Below, in pieces: positions 11,691 through 23,615 of a stretch of 64,000 nucleotides of DNA. Position 1 is the stretch's first letter. Each line of letters begins with the position of its first letter. Both the position numbers and the translations under genes were made by a program. The stretch is from Heteronotia binoei. Lineage: Eukaryota. The stretch is taken from assembly GCF_032191835.1 (NCBI RefSeq), contig NC_083232.1, forward strand, positions 69,750,001-69,814,000, given 5' to 3'. The notes beneath the pieces were generated by a model. The model was given only the letters and a program-made list of their open reading frames with translations. It had not been told where the DNA came from and did not search any database.

Positions 11691-13444
11691 TTTTTAAAGC
11701 TGTTCCTGGCCTGAGACCCCCACTACACTCATAAAGGGCTGCCTCTCTCTCGAGGAACCCACACCACAACTTTGCTTAGGTCAACAGCTCCTCTTATTGG
11801 TATTTTCACTGCAAGTATTTGGTATTTTCACTGCAAGTGGCACGTTCAACAGTGCTTGACAGCATTTTCCACTGTTGTCCCTGCCCTTTGAAAAGGGCTC
11901 CCTGGTCTGGTGTGAAGGGCCTCATCTCTTTTCAGCCTTATGGAAATGTTCTATTTCACCAGCCCTTCGGCTGAGACCTGAGAATACATATTTTAAAGAA
12001 GGGCTTTATTTTAGATCAGCAAGTTGATCGATGCCTCTGCGGGCTGTTTGTAATTTGCTGTACAAATGTGGTTTTGTTCTGTTCCACCCTGAACTTTTAA
12101 ATTTTTAAATCAATAAACTCTTGTGGGAGCACAAACTGTGGTTTTATAGTTCTGCTAGAGAAGCTTCCAACCTGCAGCCATTGATACAAGAATATGTGCC
12201 TGTGAGGTGCACCAATTTTTCTGAATCTCTAGAGCCCCCAAACCACCACAGGATCATATATACCACATAATGATTTCTCCTCACTGCTGGCTATTCCTTA
12301 CAGTTGTGAACCATGCTGGCTGCCTGGTTCTTTCTTTATTAATAAATTCAGTTAGCATATTTATATATGTCACCTCTCCAGAGACTTGCTGGAGGTGGCT
12401 TATAACCAAAACAATAAAATTAAGCCATGAAAATGGTGGTGGAAAGTGCTGTCAAGTCACAGCTGACTTATGGTGACCCTGTAAGGTTTTCGAGGCAAGA
12501 GACAGTCAGAAGTGGTTTGCCATTGCCTGCCTCTGCATCATGACCCCGCTATTCCTTGGAGGTCTCCTATCCAAATACCAACCAGGGCTGACCCTACTTA
12601 GCTTCCAAGATCTGATGAGACTGGGCTACTCTTGAAAATACAACCGTTAAACATGAAGCCATTAAACAATCCACTAAAAAAGCCAATGCCATTAAAACGA
12701 GCCACTAAGAAAACAAGCCGAGGCCAATTAAAAAGAGCCAGAGTATGATCACAACATCTAATGTAGATAAGATGATACTCGGGTTAGAAGCAGCTCAATA
12801 AAATGTTTAGAAAATTAAACCTCTCCGTTATTCCAAAAAAGGTATACATGCCTGAGGGGTGAGGTTGTGTGGAAGAAGGAGCCAAGCTCAGTCTAAGAAT
12901 GCTTTGATCGGCTTCTAAGGCAGGGCCTGAAATACAGGGAAAGGACAGAAGTCCCTTTGCCACAGAGCTTGGACTACTGGCTTTCCCGACCTAGATGTTG
13001 CATTCTTAGGTTTTCTTCCCACATCACCAAGACAGCTCTTGTACATCTGAACCATGTTGGGATCAAGTGATGTGATGGTTTCTTCTCATACGAGTCTTAC
13101 GGGGCAGTTAAACTTTAGAGTTCATACCCTTCGTCACCACATGGTGCAACACTGATCCTATGATATATCTCCACTGATGGAAGGGATTTCTGTCAGTGAG
13201 GCAGGAATTCCTCGCCCCCCTGGAAGTGCAGAATTATCCCTGGCCAGGGCTACAGGAACCCCTCACAGAAACAGCATGGCGGAGGGGGGGTGTTTTAGAA
13301 CTCTCCAGTGGTATCAGCCAATATTGCCTCCTGCTTCCATTAGCAGAAATTTTCAGTAGAATCCAGCTATATATCTACAAGTAGAGGGCTGGATCCAGCC
13401 AGCTTTTTCTCACTTAGCTCAGTCCCCCTTCTAGTTAGAGCTTC

Positions 13445-13733
13445 TGTTAAATACTGGGTTCAATACACAAGGAGATGTTTGATCAGCATCCTTTATTAGT
13501 GATTACAGCATAGTAAGAATGAGACTAGAGCTGAGAACTGTGCCAACCGGGCCAACTATATACAGTTCCAGTTCCCGTGCTAATGCACCATAGGAGGGTT
13601 TGAACCAGCAGGGGGACTAGTAATTGGTCCAAGGAAGCGAGAACTAGGATCCTGCTTCCCATTGTCTTTGTGCCCCAAGCTCGGTCCTCAAGGTTCCAAT
13701 GAGCCCGGCAGGAACTAGCATAGTACTACAACA
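13445..13733 (-). mobile_element. Probable solo LTR (~290 bp)
   Basis: Minus strand begins TGTTGTAG and ends TTAACA, and contains TATATAG followed by AATAAA in U3-R-U5 order. No clean TSD found. Confidence 0.55.
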
Positions 13734-14659
13734 CAACTCCACTTCCCAGACATGACAGCTTCACTTTCACATTGTTTTGCCCATGCAACTATCACAATCC
13801 CCAGAAGAGCCTTTTTGGTGGTCAAACAAACCCTTTCTTCCTCTTTTCAGCAGGAAAAAGATGGTTAGATCCTATCAACATGCAGGTGCCAATACACAGG
13901 TGGCAGAATCATTTTGTACTTTCATGCCATTGAGTGTGTATACAACTTGTATTCCCAATATGTGAATGTGGTAAAAGCCAAGAGCTAGATAGCAAACGGA
14001 CACTTTAGTCATGGCAGCCAAGGCATGACAAACAGTTTGGAAACATCTGTCCTCTCACATAGCTAATTGCTTCTTGTGACATGCATGAAAGGAATTACGG
14101 CATCGTTCAAGCCGATTGCTGAGGCAACATTGGTGTTTATGCCAGGTCCACAGCACAGCGATATGTCAGCATGAAATCTGATGATATTCACAAAATCTCA
14201 GCATCGTTAAAACAATATATGTCAAAAACACAAATAAAAATAGCCTTTTGTGGCAAACCAGAACAGTGCAAAAAAGAAGCCCCAACTCCTTTTTTATATA
14301 ACATACAAGTAAACCAAAAATGGTCTTTTTCGGGGGGGGGGGGGTGTTAAATGATAAAAATAGAACATGAATGCCATTAATGGGGAACAGTCCTTATGAA
14401 TCTAACCCCAGAAAAACATACGATGAAAAAGTCACTCTAAAAAAACTAAAGCATTAACACACTATAAAATACTAAGCATGCCTTCATAGACAACCATGAC
14501 ATACCATGTTCAAAGTGTCATATGGAAATGAATCAACAATAACACAATCTAACATCAAACCAGACAAAAGTCTGAGCAAAACTGCTTCTAATGGAAGAGG
14601 AGTTATTCCAGCTGAGCTCCTTGCTCTAATCCTGTCCCTGGGTTCCTCAGGGACAGGAT

Positions 14660-15028
14660 TGGAGCAAGATCTCCTGGAATTACAACTGTTCTCCAGACTA
14701 CAGACACCAGTTCCCCTGGAAAAATGGATGCCTTGGAAGGTGGTCTATACCTTGCAGAGGTCCGTCCCCTCTTGTAACCCACTAGGGTTGCCAATTTCCA
14801 GGTGGCACCTGAAGATCTCCAGATCACCAAGATCAGTTCCCCTGGAGAAAATGTCTGCTTTGGAGGGTAGATTCTGTGGCATTATACCCTGCTGAGGTCC
14901 CTCCCCTTCCCAGGCTCCACCTCCACCTCCCAAATCTCTAGGTATTTTCCAACTCAGAACTGGCAACCCTACCCCACCCTCCATTCCCAAATCCCCAGGA
15001 ATTTCCCAGCCTGGAACTGGCAGCCCTA
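14660..15028 (+). mobile_element. TAGGGTTGCCA-TIR MITE (14783-14971) nested within a copy of the same family
   Basis: Inner element tagggttgccaa...tggcaaccta. The outer halves are homologous to the same consensus. The family recurs at ~11222-11440, 20330-20520, 38360-38620, 52485-52690 and 60380-60540. Confidence 0.7.
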
Positions 15029-15379
15029 AATACACCATTGTGGAAAAGATGTCCTTCGTATAATTTATCTGGATGTCACCTCTGTGGAGTAGATGCATTA
15101 TAGGTGTCAGCCTCCACCAGAAGAGTCCTGTGGTGCAGTGGCTAGAGTGTCAGGCTAGGATCCAGGAGACCTGGGTTTAAATCCCCACTCTGCCATGAAA
15201 GGTGGCTGGGTGACTTTGGGCTAATCATACACACTCTCAGTCTCACAGGGTTGTTGTGAGAACAAAAAACACAACAAACTGGATCCTGATTTACTCATGC
15301 ACTAGAACACGGTAGTGGAATGCTAAAGTGACATATGAACTTATTCTGTTCCTTTTTAGAGTGCTTGTGAAGATTCACA

Positions 15380-15632
15380 CCGAGAGCCAGTCTGGTGTGG
15401 GGTGAAGTGTGCAGTCTCTTATCTTGGAGAACCGAGTTTGATTCCCCACTCCTCCACATGTACCTGCTGATATGACCTTGGGTCATCCACAAGTTCTCTA
15501 AGAACTGTTCTGCTCAAGAGCCATTCTGGGGGAGCTCTCTCAGCCTCGCCTACCTCACAAGGCGTCTGTTGTGGGGAGGGGAGGGGAAGGAGATTGTAAG
15601 CTGCTCTGAGACTTCTTTGGGTAGTGAAGGCC
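15380..15632 (+). mobile_element. Squam3-type SINE lacking its 3' tail
   Basis: Head gagagccagtctggtgtgg and body ctacctcacaaggcgtctgttgtgggg. It ends abruptly at gtagtgaagg and is flanked by a 26-bp direct repeat. Confidence 0.8.
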
Positions 15633-16789
15633 TTTTAGAGTGCTTGTGAAGATTCACATTTTCAGTGCTCCCCTTATATTAGAAATATCCTGCTATGTTC
15701 ACGTTTCTAATTTGCAGGGAAAGAGTTGGGCTACAACCGATTTTCTGTTTGTGCCGGTTTGAATGCTCAAAGCTGGATTAATAATTAGGCCAAGTAGGCA
15801 CTGGCCTATGGGCCCCCACACCTGCAAATTAGAAACGTGAACATAGCAGGATATTTCTAATATAAGGGGGGAATACTGGGGTGGGGGGGGGAAGCTAGCC
15901 CGGGGCCCTGCTTGCAACCTTCCCCCCTTGCTTGCAACCCTCCCAGCCTGCATGCACAGCCAGCTCTCTGCCCGACTTGCCTGGTGTGGCTGCTGCTGGC
16001 ATTGCCACCAAGTTTGCCTCTCTATGCCTCTCCCCTGCAGCTTTGTCAAAGGGACTTTTGAGAAGGTGTCTGCAGGCTGCGGCAGAGGCAACAGGTGGTG
16101 GGGTGGCCGCTCCAACTCTGAGATAATTTGTGAGGAGGCCCCCAAGATTTTGACTGCCTAGGGGCCTCCACAGGGTTTAATCCGGCCCTGTGAATGCTCC
16201 ATTTATATATACAAGAGCATTTAAATAGATTCTCCCCCTTGGGGTCTAAAAGGTTCTCTGACCATTTTACCACCTCATTCCCACCTCATTCTCTGTGTAG
16301 ACCTAACCTACTGATTTGCATGTTAAGCAGTCCTCCATACAGCCACCACCTGTCAGGTTGATCAAATGTTCTCTGAGACTTCTGTGCTCAAGACTTAATT
16401 TCTAGGAGTGTGCAGGCCTAATTTGGTCTGAAAACATGGTGTGCTACGAGAAGGGCCTTCCCACCCAGCCCTTGTGCCAGTTACCTTATCTGGATTTGCT
16501 CCACACTGTACTGATAGCTACAGCTAATTTCTCACTGGGGCAAATAACTGCTCCCTAGAGACATTTCAATTCAGGAAAACAGAGTGGGAGAGGGAGGTTT
16601 AAAGCCCCTTTACAATCTCAATTGGGCCTGTGAATTCCTGGAAATTCAATTCTGGCCACAGAATTGCTTGACTGCAGCTGTTGCTCCAACATACAAGGGG
16701 TTTGTATCGTGTGAATCAGTCTTCAGTCTCCCTGAATTTTAGATAGGATGCTCCAGGATCTATGCTCAGCAGGTCTGGAGATTCTCTCT

Positions 16790-17277
16790 TTCTCTCTCTT
16801 TTTTGGTTCGGTCACACAGTTGAGTCTGACTCTTTGCAACCCCATGGACCAAGTCATGCCAGGCCCTCCTACCATCCTCCGAAGTCTGCTCAAATTCATA
16901 TTAGTTACATCAGTAATGCTGTCCAGCCATCTTATCTTTTGCCATCCCCTTTTTCTTTTGCCTTCTGTCTTTCTCAGTATCAGGATCTTCTCCAGTGAGT
17001 GCTCCCTTCTCATTTGGTGGCCAAAGTATTTGAGCTTCAGCTTCAGCATCTGTCCTTCCAGGGAGCAATCAGGGTTGATTTCCCTTAGGCCTGACTGATT
17101 TGATCTTCTTGCAGTCCAAGGGACTCTCAGGAGTCCTCTCCAGCACCACAGCTCGAAAGCATCTAATCTTCTGTGCTCGGCCTTCCTTATGGTCCAACAC
17201 TGACAGCCATACATTACCACTGGGAATATCATCGCTTTGACTATACAGACTTTTGTTGGCAGGGTGATGTCTCTATT
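16790..17277 (-). mobile_element. BovB (RTE) LINE 3' fragment
   Basis: ORF 16723..17232 encodes IFPVVMYGCQCWTIRKAEHRRLDAFELWCWRGLLRVPWTARRSNQS...LKLKLKYFGHQMRR, the BovB ORF C-terminus. Confidence 0.92.
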
Positions 17278-17280
17278 TTG

Positions 17281-17556
17281 AGAGCCAGTTTGGTGTAGTG
17301 GTTAAGTGCACAGACTCTTATCTGAGAGAACCGGGTTTGATTCCCCACTCCTCCACTTGCAGCTGCTGGAATGACCTTGGGTCAACCTTGCAGAGGTTGT
17401 CCTTGAAAGGGCAGCTTCTGTGAGAGCTGTCTCAGCCTCACTCACCTCACAGGGTGTCTGTTGTGGGGGAGGAAGACAAAGGAAATTGTGAGCCGCTCTG
17501 AGACTCTGATTCGGAGTGGAGGGTGGGATATAAATCCAATATCTTCTTCTTCTTTT
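17281..17556 (+). mobile_element. Squam3-type SINE, full length
   Basis: tRNA-like A/B boxes (tggtgtagtggtt; ggtttgattcc), conserved body and (CTT)n tail. Near-identical copies at 27121-27395(-), 29189-29462(-) and 35421-35700(+). Confidence 0.85.
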
Positions 17557-18689
17557 TATTATACCACCTAGGTTTGCCATAGCTGACTTCCCAAGGAGCA
17601 AACGTCTTTTAATTTCATGGCTACAGTCACCATCCGCAGTGATCTACTGAAGAGCTATGCCATTTCCATGTTGCTATGTGCAGGAACACTTTCTAGTAAA
17701 TTGTACCAAGGGTATATAAAATATAAACATTCTTGGTTTGGGGAACAGAATGGCAAGACTTTGTTTAGCCCGATAATAATAATAATAATAATTAAAGGCT
17801 ATGGCTTATCTCAGGCTGACACAATAAATATTTTGGAGAGAAAGAGAAAAATTAAGTGGAAGGACTGCCTCCCTTGTGGAAAAAAGGACCTATTTGAATT
17901 CTAAACACTGAAGAAGTTGTTCTTGCATGTGTGGGAATGTGACCCTGTTGACGTTGCCAAGAATGCTAGCCTGTGATGATTTAAGGGAACATTTAGCCTC
18001 TTAATATTACGGAGATTTAAGAGTCAGAGGGATCATTTGTAATTAGCTTTTGGATCCAATCACTTCTGTTAATAAAATGAATAGCCCTCCCCCTTCCACT
18101 GTTGTGCCTTTATACTTGGCAGTGTCCCAGCCTGTCCACAATAATGATAGTGTTTATCCTCTCCACATCCCTGAGTGGTGGGAATTTCCTGGCAACAATT
18201 ATTGAGATGGTGGGTTGGTTCTCTTTGGAGGAGAGGGCCCAGGAAACGATTGTAATCTTCACAAGGAAGACTAGGGGTCCTTCCCCTATGTGGTCTAGAA
18301 AAAGATTAAATTAGCATACTAGTTATAGTAAGGTACAGTAATTTTTTGTGTAGCCTTTTTTAAATAGGGGGATTGCCTTACATTCACAGTTATCTTCCTT
18401 TACTTTATTTACAAATATAAACCAAAGCACAGGTGGGTGTGTAGACACCCTCCTAAGGGCAGCAGTCATGAAGCTTGTTAGATATTCTCAGCTTAGCTTT
18501 TCTCCTGCAGCAGGGACATCACAGATCTGTCTTGAGCAAAGCCAGCACAGTGCTTTCAGTCCCCACTCAGTTATGAAGCACATGTGTGTAGCATAGCCAG
18601 GAGATCCTACAATTGTTTGGCTGCCAGAAGTCCTAGCTCTTTAACATTATCCAGGGTGCACCCCAAGGAGAGGAGCTAGGATTGCAAAC

Positions 18690-18960
18690 ATAGATGCAAT
18701 CAGTTCCACCTGATATCCACAACCTGATAAGCACCAATGAGAGGCCCTCAGGATTTGACTTGCCACGTGAAAGATGGAAGATGGCTAATAGAATACGAAC
18801 AGGCTTTGGCAGCTGTGCAGACCTGTTGTTGAAATGGAGCAAAATAATGGGACCGGCCAAACTATTTTCCATCACTCACAGGAACATAAGCGCCATGCTT
18901 TCCAGGGAGATGTGGAGGAGCTCTTTGAATTTTTCCCAGCTGCAACTGAGTGGATTGAAA
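18690..18960 (+). mobile_element. Vingi/Ingi-like LINE ORF C-terminal fragment
   Basis: Translation PSGFDLPRERWKMANRIRTGFGSCADLLLKW resembles the recalled GFDLPR.W..LNR.RTG.G.C...L.KW motif of Vingi/Ingi-type LINEs. Confidence 0.6.
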
Positions 18961-19274
18961 ATCTAGATATTAGTATTTAAGGGGATTGCCCAATCAATCT
19001 GCTTACCCATTGTATCAAAATAGCTATGTATTTTATATTATTATAGAAGAGCTTCCTGTGTGTAACTCTCCATACAATAAATAAATAATATGAAGCATAG
19101 TGATGATTGTGGGTTACTCCTCCTTTTTTAGTTTAAGCAGCCTATCTTGCTGTGAGGCTAAAAATGGAGAAGGCAAGGGCCATGTATGCTACCTTGAGGA
19201 CGAGTGGGGAGTAAATGGGGGGCGTTTGTTGTATTTATCCTGATATTGTTTTGGAGGAGTCCCATTGTTGTTCC

Positions 19275-19455
19275 CAGGGCTTTATTTGTAGCAGGAACTC
19301 CTTTGCATATTAGGCCACACCCCACTTATGTAGCCAATCCTCCAAGAGCTTACAAGGCTCTTAGTACAGGGCCTATTGAAAGCTCCAGGAGGATTGGCTA
19401 CATCAGGGGTATGTGATCTAATATGCAAAGGAGTTTCTGCTACAAAAAAGCCCTG
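19275..19455. mobile_element. Palindromic MITE family (CAGGGCTTTTTTTGTAG TIR)
   Basis: Long inverted arms agggctttatttgtagcaggaactcctttgcatattaggccacac...gtgtgatctaatatgcaaaggagtttctgctacaaaaaagccctg. Copies at ~2060-2235, 21200-21300, 21378-21548, 24344-24512, 32590-32768 and 33100-33330. Confidence 0.8.
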
Positions 19456-22400
19456 TAAAATATTTGAGCTTCCACTGCAAAAGAGCAATGAAGGTATAGT
19501 GATGGTGGGGGAGGAGAATAACATTCACCTCCCTTCTGTGCAGTTGAGTACTGTGCATAGACCCTGGAAGGATACACATTTTTCTTTATGTAACAACAGC
19601 AATTGCCAATGACGGCGTTCTCTAGAGTAATTCAATCAGGAGGAGGCCATGGCAGAAGAAGGGACAGTCTTGTGTTCTATATTCGTTTCTTTTACATTTT
19701 GTTCCGCACATCACAGGTTTTTTGTTTTCCTTTCCTGATCATATCTATGCAGTGACCTCTGCTCACAGAATACCATATTTAGGAAGGAAATTGTGTTAAG
19801 AAAGCTTTCGCACAGGCTTCCAGGGGCCTCTGCTAGACTCTTGCGAGTATGATGCTTAAAAGCAGCTGACACATGAACAAATCAAAGAAGATGGGAAAAG
19901 CACACAGGCAAGGGGAAAGACAGTGCTAATCTTTCCATCATCTTCCCCCCTTCCCATATGCTTTTCTCCCCAGCAGTGCTATACCAGGTTTTGGAGTGCC
20001 CTGGGCAGACAGTTCCTTCTGTCCCCCACCAGGTCCCTCTCATGCCTCTCTTTCCTTCCACCCACCTACAAGTTCTCCACATACCTTTGCACCCTCCCTC
20101 CACCAATCCTCCCACTGCCTGCACCGGCAGGCATTTGTGCCACATTCATTTCCTTGGTGGTGCAGCTGTTGTGGCCTGCAGGAGAGCCACTACTGTGTAC
20201 CACCTGCATACATTTTTCCATCCCTGCTGCAAAGCTAGAAGCCTGGGTGATGAAGCACTTTAGGGAAGAAGGCCGCATGAGGAGGTCACAGAGGAGGCTC
20301 ATGTGTGGGAAGGTTGCTGGGCTGGGAAGTAACTGGAGATTTTGGGGCCGGAGCCTGAGGAGGGTGGGGCTTGGGGAGGGGAGGGACCTCATTGGTATAT
20401 AAGGCCAATATAGTCCACCTTCTAAAGCGGCCATTTTCTCCAAGAGAATTGATCTCTGTTGCCTGGAGTTCAGTTGTAATCCCAGGAGATTTCCAACCAC
20501 CACCTGGAGGCTGGCAACCCCAATGCATGGGAGGGTCAGCAATAGTGGGCTCCTCTGGAATCCCTGGGCCCTGGCAGCTGCCCCACCTCCAGGCATGCTG
20601 ACTCTGACCTGCTGCTTAGCTAAATCCCAATACCAGAAGTGATCTTATCTGTATTTGGAGAGGTGGGAAAGACTGTTGGAAAGAGAACTTTGCACTCTTC
20701 ATCCAAACACCTTTTTGGTGTTATAACAGAACTCTATTCCCCTCTTTCCGTATGTATGGGGGCAGATCCAGATTTAAATATGTTACCCTGAGATCAGTAA
20801 ATCACTGAATGTGACTGAGGGTAGGGCAGACCTGTTGGACATGTGAGCAACATCATGCAATAATTTAACATGTACTGATAGGCTTCATGCATCCTGCAGA
20901 TAAGTTTCCACAACAGTTTACACACAGCAGCTCTCCAGAACTGTTCCAGGTTGTGAAGCCACAGTGGAGGGTGGGGGAGGTTCTTTGCTACACATGCTGC
21001 AGTCCCAGTCTGAATTGGGTTTCTGTGCACCTAGGGCTGGAGTTCCAAGTGCAAAATTCTCAGTCCTCATCTGTCAGTTAGACCCAAGAAAAGTATAACA
21101 TGTACAGTGCAATCCTTAACAAATCTACCCAGATTCCTACTGAGAAATATTTAATGGGGCTTACTATGAGCAAGGCTTTAAAAAAAAAAAAAGGCAGGGA
21201 TGCACAGGAATGCAGTTCTGGCTGGCTTGGCATCAGAGGGTGTAGCCTAATATGCAAATGAGTTCCTGCTGAGCTTTTTCTACAAGAAAAGCCTTGACTA
21301 CTAGGACAAAAGTTCTTTCAGGATTATGTTGGTTAGTTACACCCTCAGTGTTCAGTGGGAGGGATACTAAGAAGGAAATTGTAGCAGGAACTCCTTTGCA
21401 TATTAGGCCACACACCCTGATGTCGCTAATCCTCCAAGAGCTTACAGTAGGCCCTGTAATAAGAACCCTGTAAACTCTTGGAGGGCTGGCGACATCAGGG
21501 CTATGTGGCCTAATATGCAAAGAAGTTCCTGCTGCAAAAAAAGCCCTGCCTCAAAGTAAAATATGCTCTGGAACTGGAGATCTGGGAGACAAATCAGAGT
21601 CATTTTTATCAAATAAGTGAGGGTATCTGACTGCCACCATTGGGACTGCTTCAACCAAAAGTCTTGGGCCTGAATATTAAGGGGAAAGAACCAGGTATGT
21701 TATCCTCTGGGAATTGTCAATGGACCAGGGTGGTACACCTGATGTTCTAGCCAGCTCAGCGGCAGAATTAAGATGTGTTAGCAGTAAATGAGAATGGTGC
21801 TAGAGTTCTTTGGAATGGGGAATTGGTCTGCCTAGGATCACAACACAGGAGAGTTAAAGCAGTGAAGTGCTTCCAATAAAATATTGGCTCTGCTGCAGTT
21901 AATGGAATTTCCCCACTGCCTTCAATCTGGACTACCACTCTACCTCACTGTTGGAAGAACACATCTCCATTTTTGTTCATCACTGTGATAAAAATAGCCT
22001 GTATGCATTGTCAAATTTCCTTCTCTACCAACTAAGGTTCAATCATAATAGCATTGGAGCCCCAGGCACCTCAGGAAAAGCTAGAAAGAATCAATGCAGA
22101 CACAATTTCAGCATTCTCTGTGGGCTGAATTTCTACCTGATTAGTTTAAGCCCTGCAATAGACCTTATGTCCTATCTGAAAGTATTACAAATAGAGTCAA
22201 TGAAGGGTTCCAACTAAAATGCTTCCTCAATGAGAAGAAACTGATACCAAGAAAGGCTCTAATGACACTTCTGAAATGTAGTTATCCGTGCTGCCCAGAT
22301 TCTTAAAATATCACAGAATGAGGAAGGCATTTTGCTAGACAGACCCCCCCCTTTAAAAGAAGTCAGAATATGGCAGTAATTCCTTGAGGAAAATGACATA

Positions 22401-23570
22401 TGTTTTATGGGGACACAGAATAATCTAATTTCCTATATTATTATTCCATTTCTGTAGCCTTGCTTGTTGCATGCTTTATGCTGTCATATTTAGGGTAGCC
22501 AGCTGGCAACTGATACCTGGTTGGAATGTGGGAGGTGGGAACATGGGGGGTATCACAGCATTGCTATGACATCCATGGTGAACCCAGAAATGATGCCATC
22601 ACATTGCAGTGAAGGATTCACCCGAAACTCTATGGCTTTACCCCCAGAGATTGGGTGAATCCTAGAGTGTCACATTAACATGATAACTTCTGGGTTCATT
22701 CTGGAAGTGATGTCACACTGTCCACATAATGATTTTCCTACCGTTTCTCCCCCTGTCATCTTACTGAGCGGTGGCAGCTGCCCATGGGAGGTCTGGGCAT
22801 CCTTATACTGTGTGTATCATGCTATTTTAGTGCATTGTTCTCTAATCTTTTTTCATGTTTTAGTCCTTGCTAGGCGTATTTTTTTTAGTGTTCTCACTGC
22901 ACTGTGTTCTAATTCTGGAATCTGCCATGAGACTCAGTGAGAAAGAGGGGTGGTCTTGGTCATTGGGAAACAAGGGCAGAGATGCCTCAGATGCCATGCT
23001 GGGAGGGCAATCACCCACAGACCCATCTGTGGGAGGGGACCTGGGGGTGGCATTGATTCTGGGACACTACCCTGGACTTTTGCATAAGGCCCCAGAATCA
23101 CTAAGACAGCCACAAAGAGAGAGGAAGAGAAACTTAACCAACCAAGCAAAAACCTCCAAAGAAAATTTAGAATACCAAGGGGCCAAAGATTAAAAACATC
23201 AATAGTTAGAGTCAAAAGTACACATGTTTATTACAAAAACATATTAAAACCTTGTAGGGGCCCAAATGAAACCTCATAAAATCATCGAAGTGACAAATGC
23301 GCATGAGATACATATATGACCTGACAAATTATACATACTGATACATACTGATGTTACACTGGCCCTGATAAGGGGATTTTACTCTTAGGACCTAAAATCA
23401 TATTTGCAATATTATTATTTGCTGTATATGTAATTGCTGCTGACATGAGGCCAGATACATCTGAGGCCTTCCAAAAATTGTGTCATTCATTTCCATGTTA
23501 GAACATTTCATTTGGGGGTCCTATATTAATTGTTTATTGTTTTATAAGCGTAACTGGGGCTTTGTTGTAT

Positions 23571-23615
23571 TGACCTTTGAAGAAGGCCTCCTCAGACCAA
23601 AATGCATCAGGGTCA
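23571..23615 (+). ncRNA. Decayed minimal type I hammerhead ribozyme (GAAACGCGUC type)
   Basis: tgaccttTGAAGA aggcc tcct cagacc AAAATGCATC agggtca. It converts to CUGAAGA...GGCC GAAACGCGUC AGGG by a few substitutions, mostly CpG-type transitions. Flanking arms tgacc/ggtca. Almost certainly inactive. Confidence 0.45.

Noticed and set aside
11797-11838. Tandem duplication of ttggtattttcactgcaagt
   Set aside because: Two units only, an ordinary slippage-type duplication. It is not a CRISPR-like or satellite array.
17281-17350. tRNA-like heads with A/B boxes (many copies)
   Set aside because: No cloverleaf or acceptor stem. They are SINE heads, not tRNA genes.
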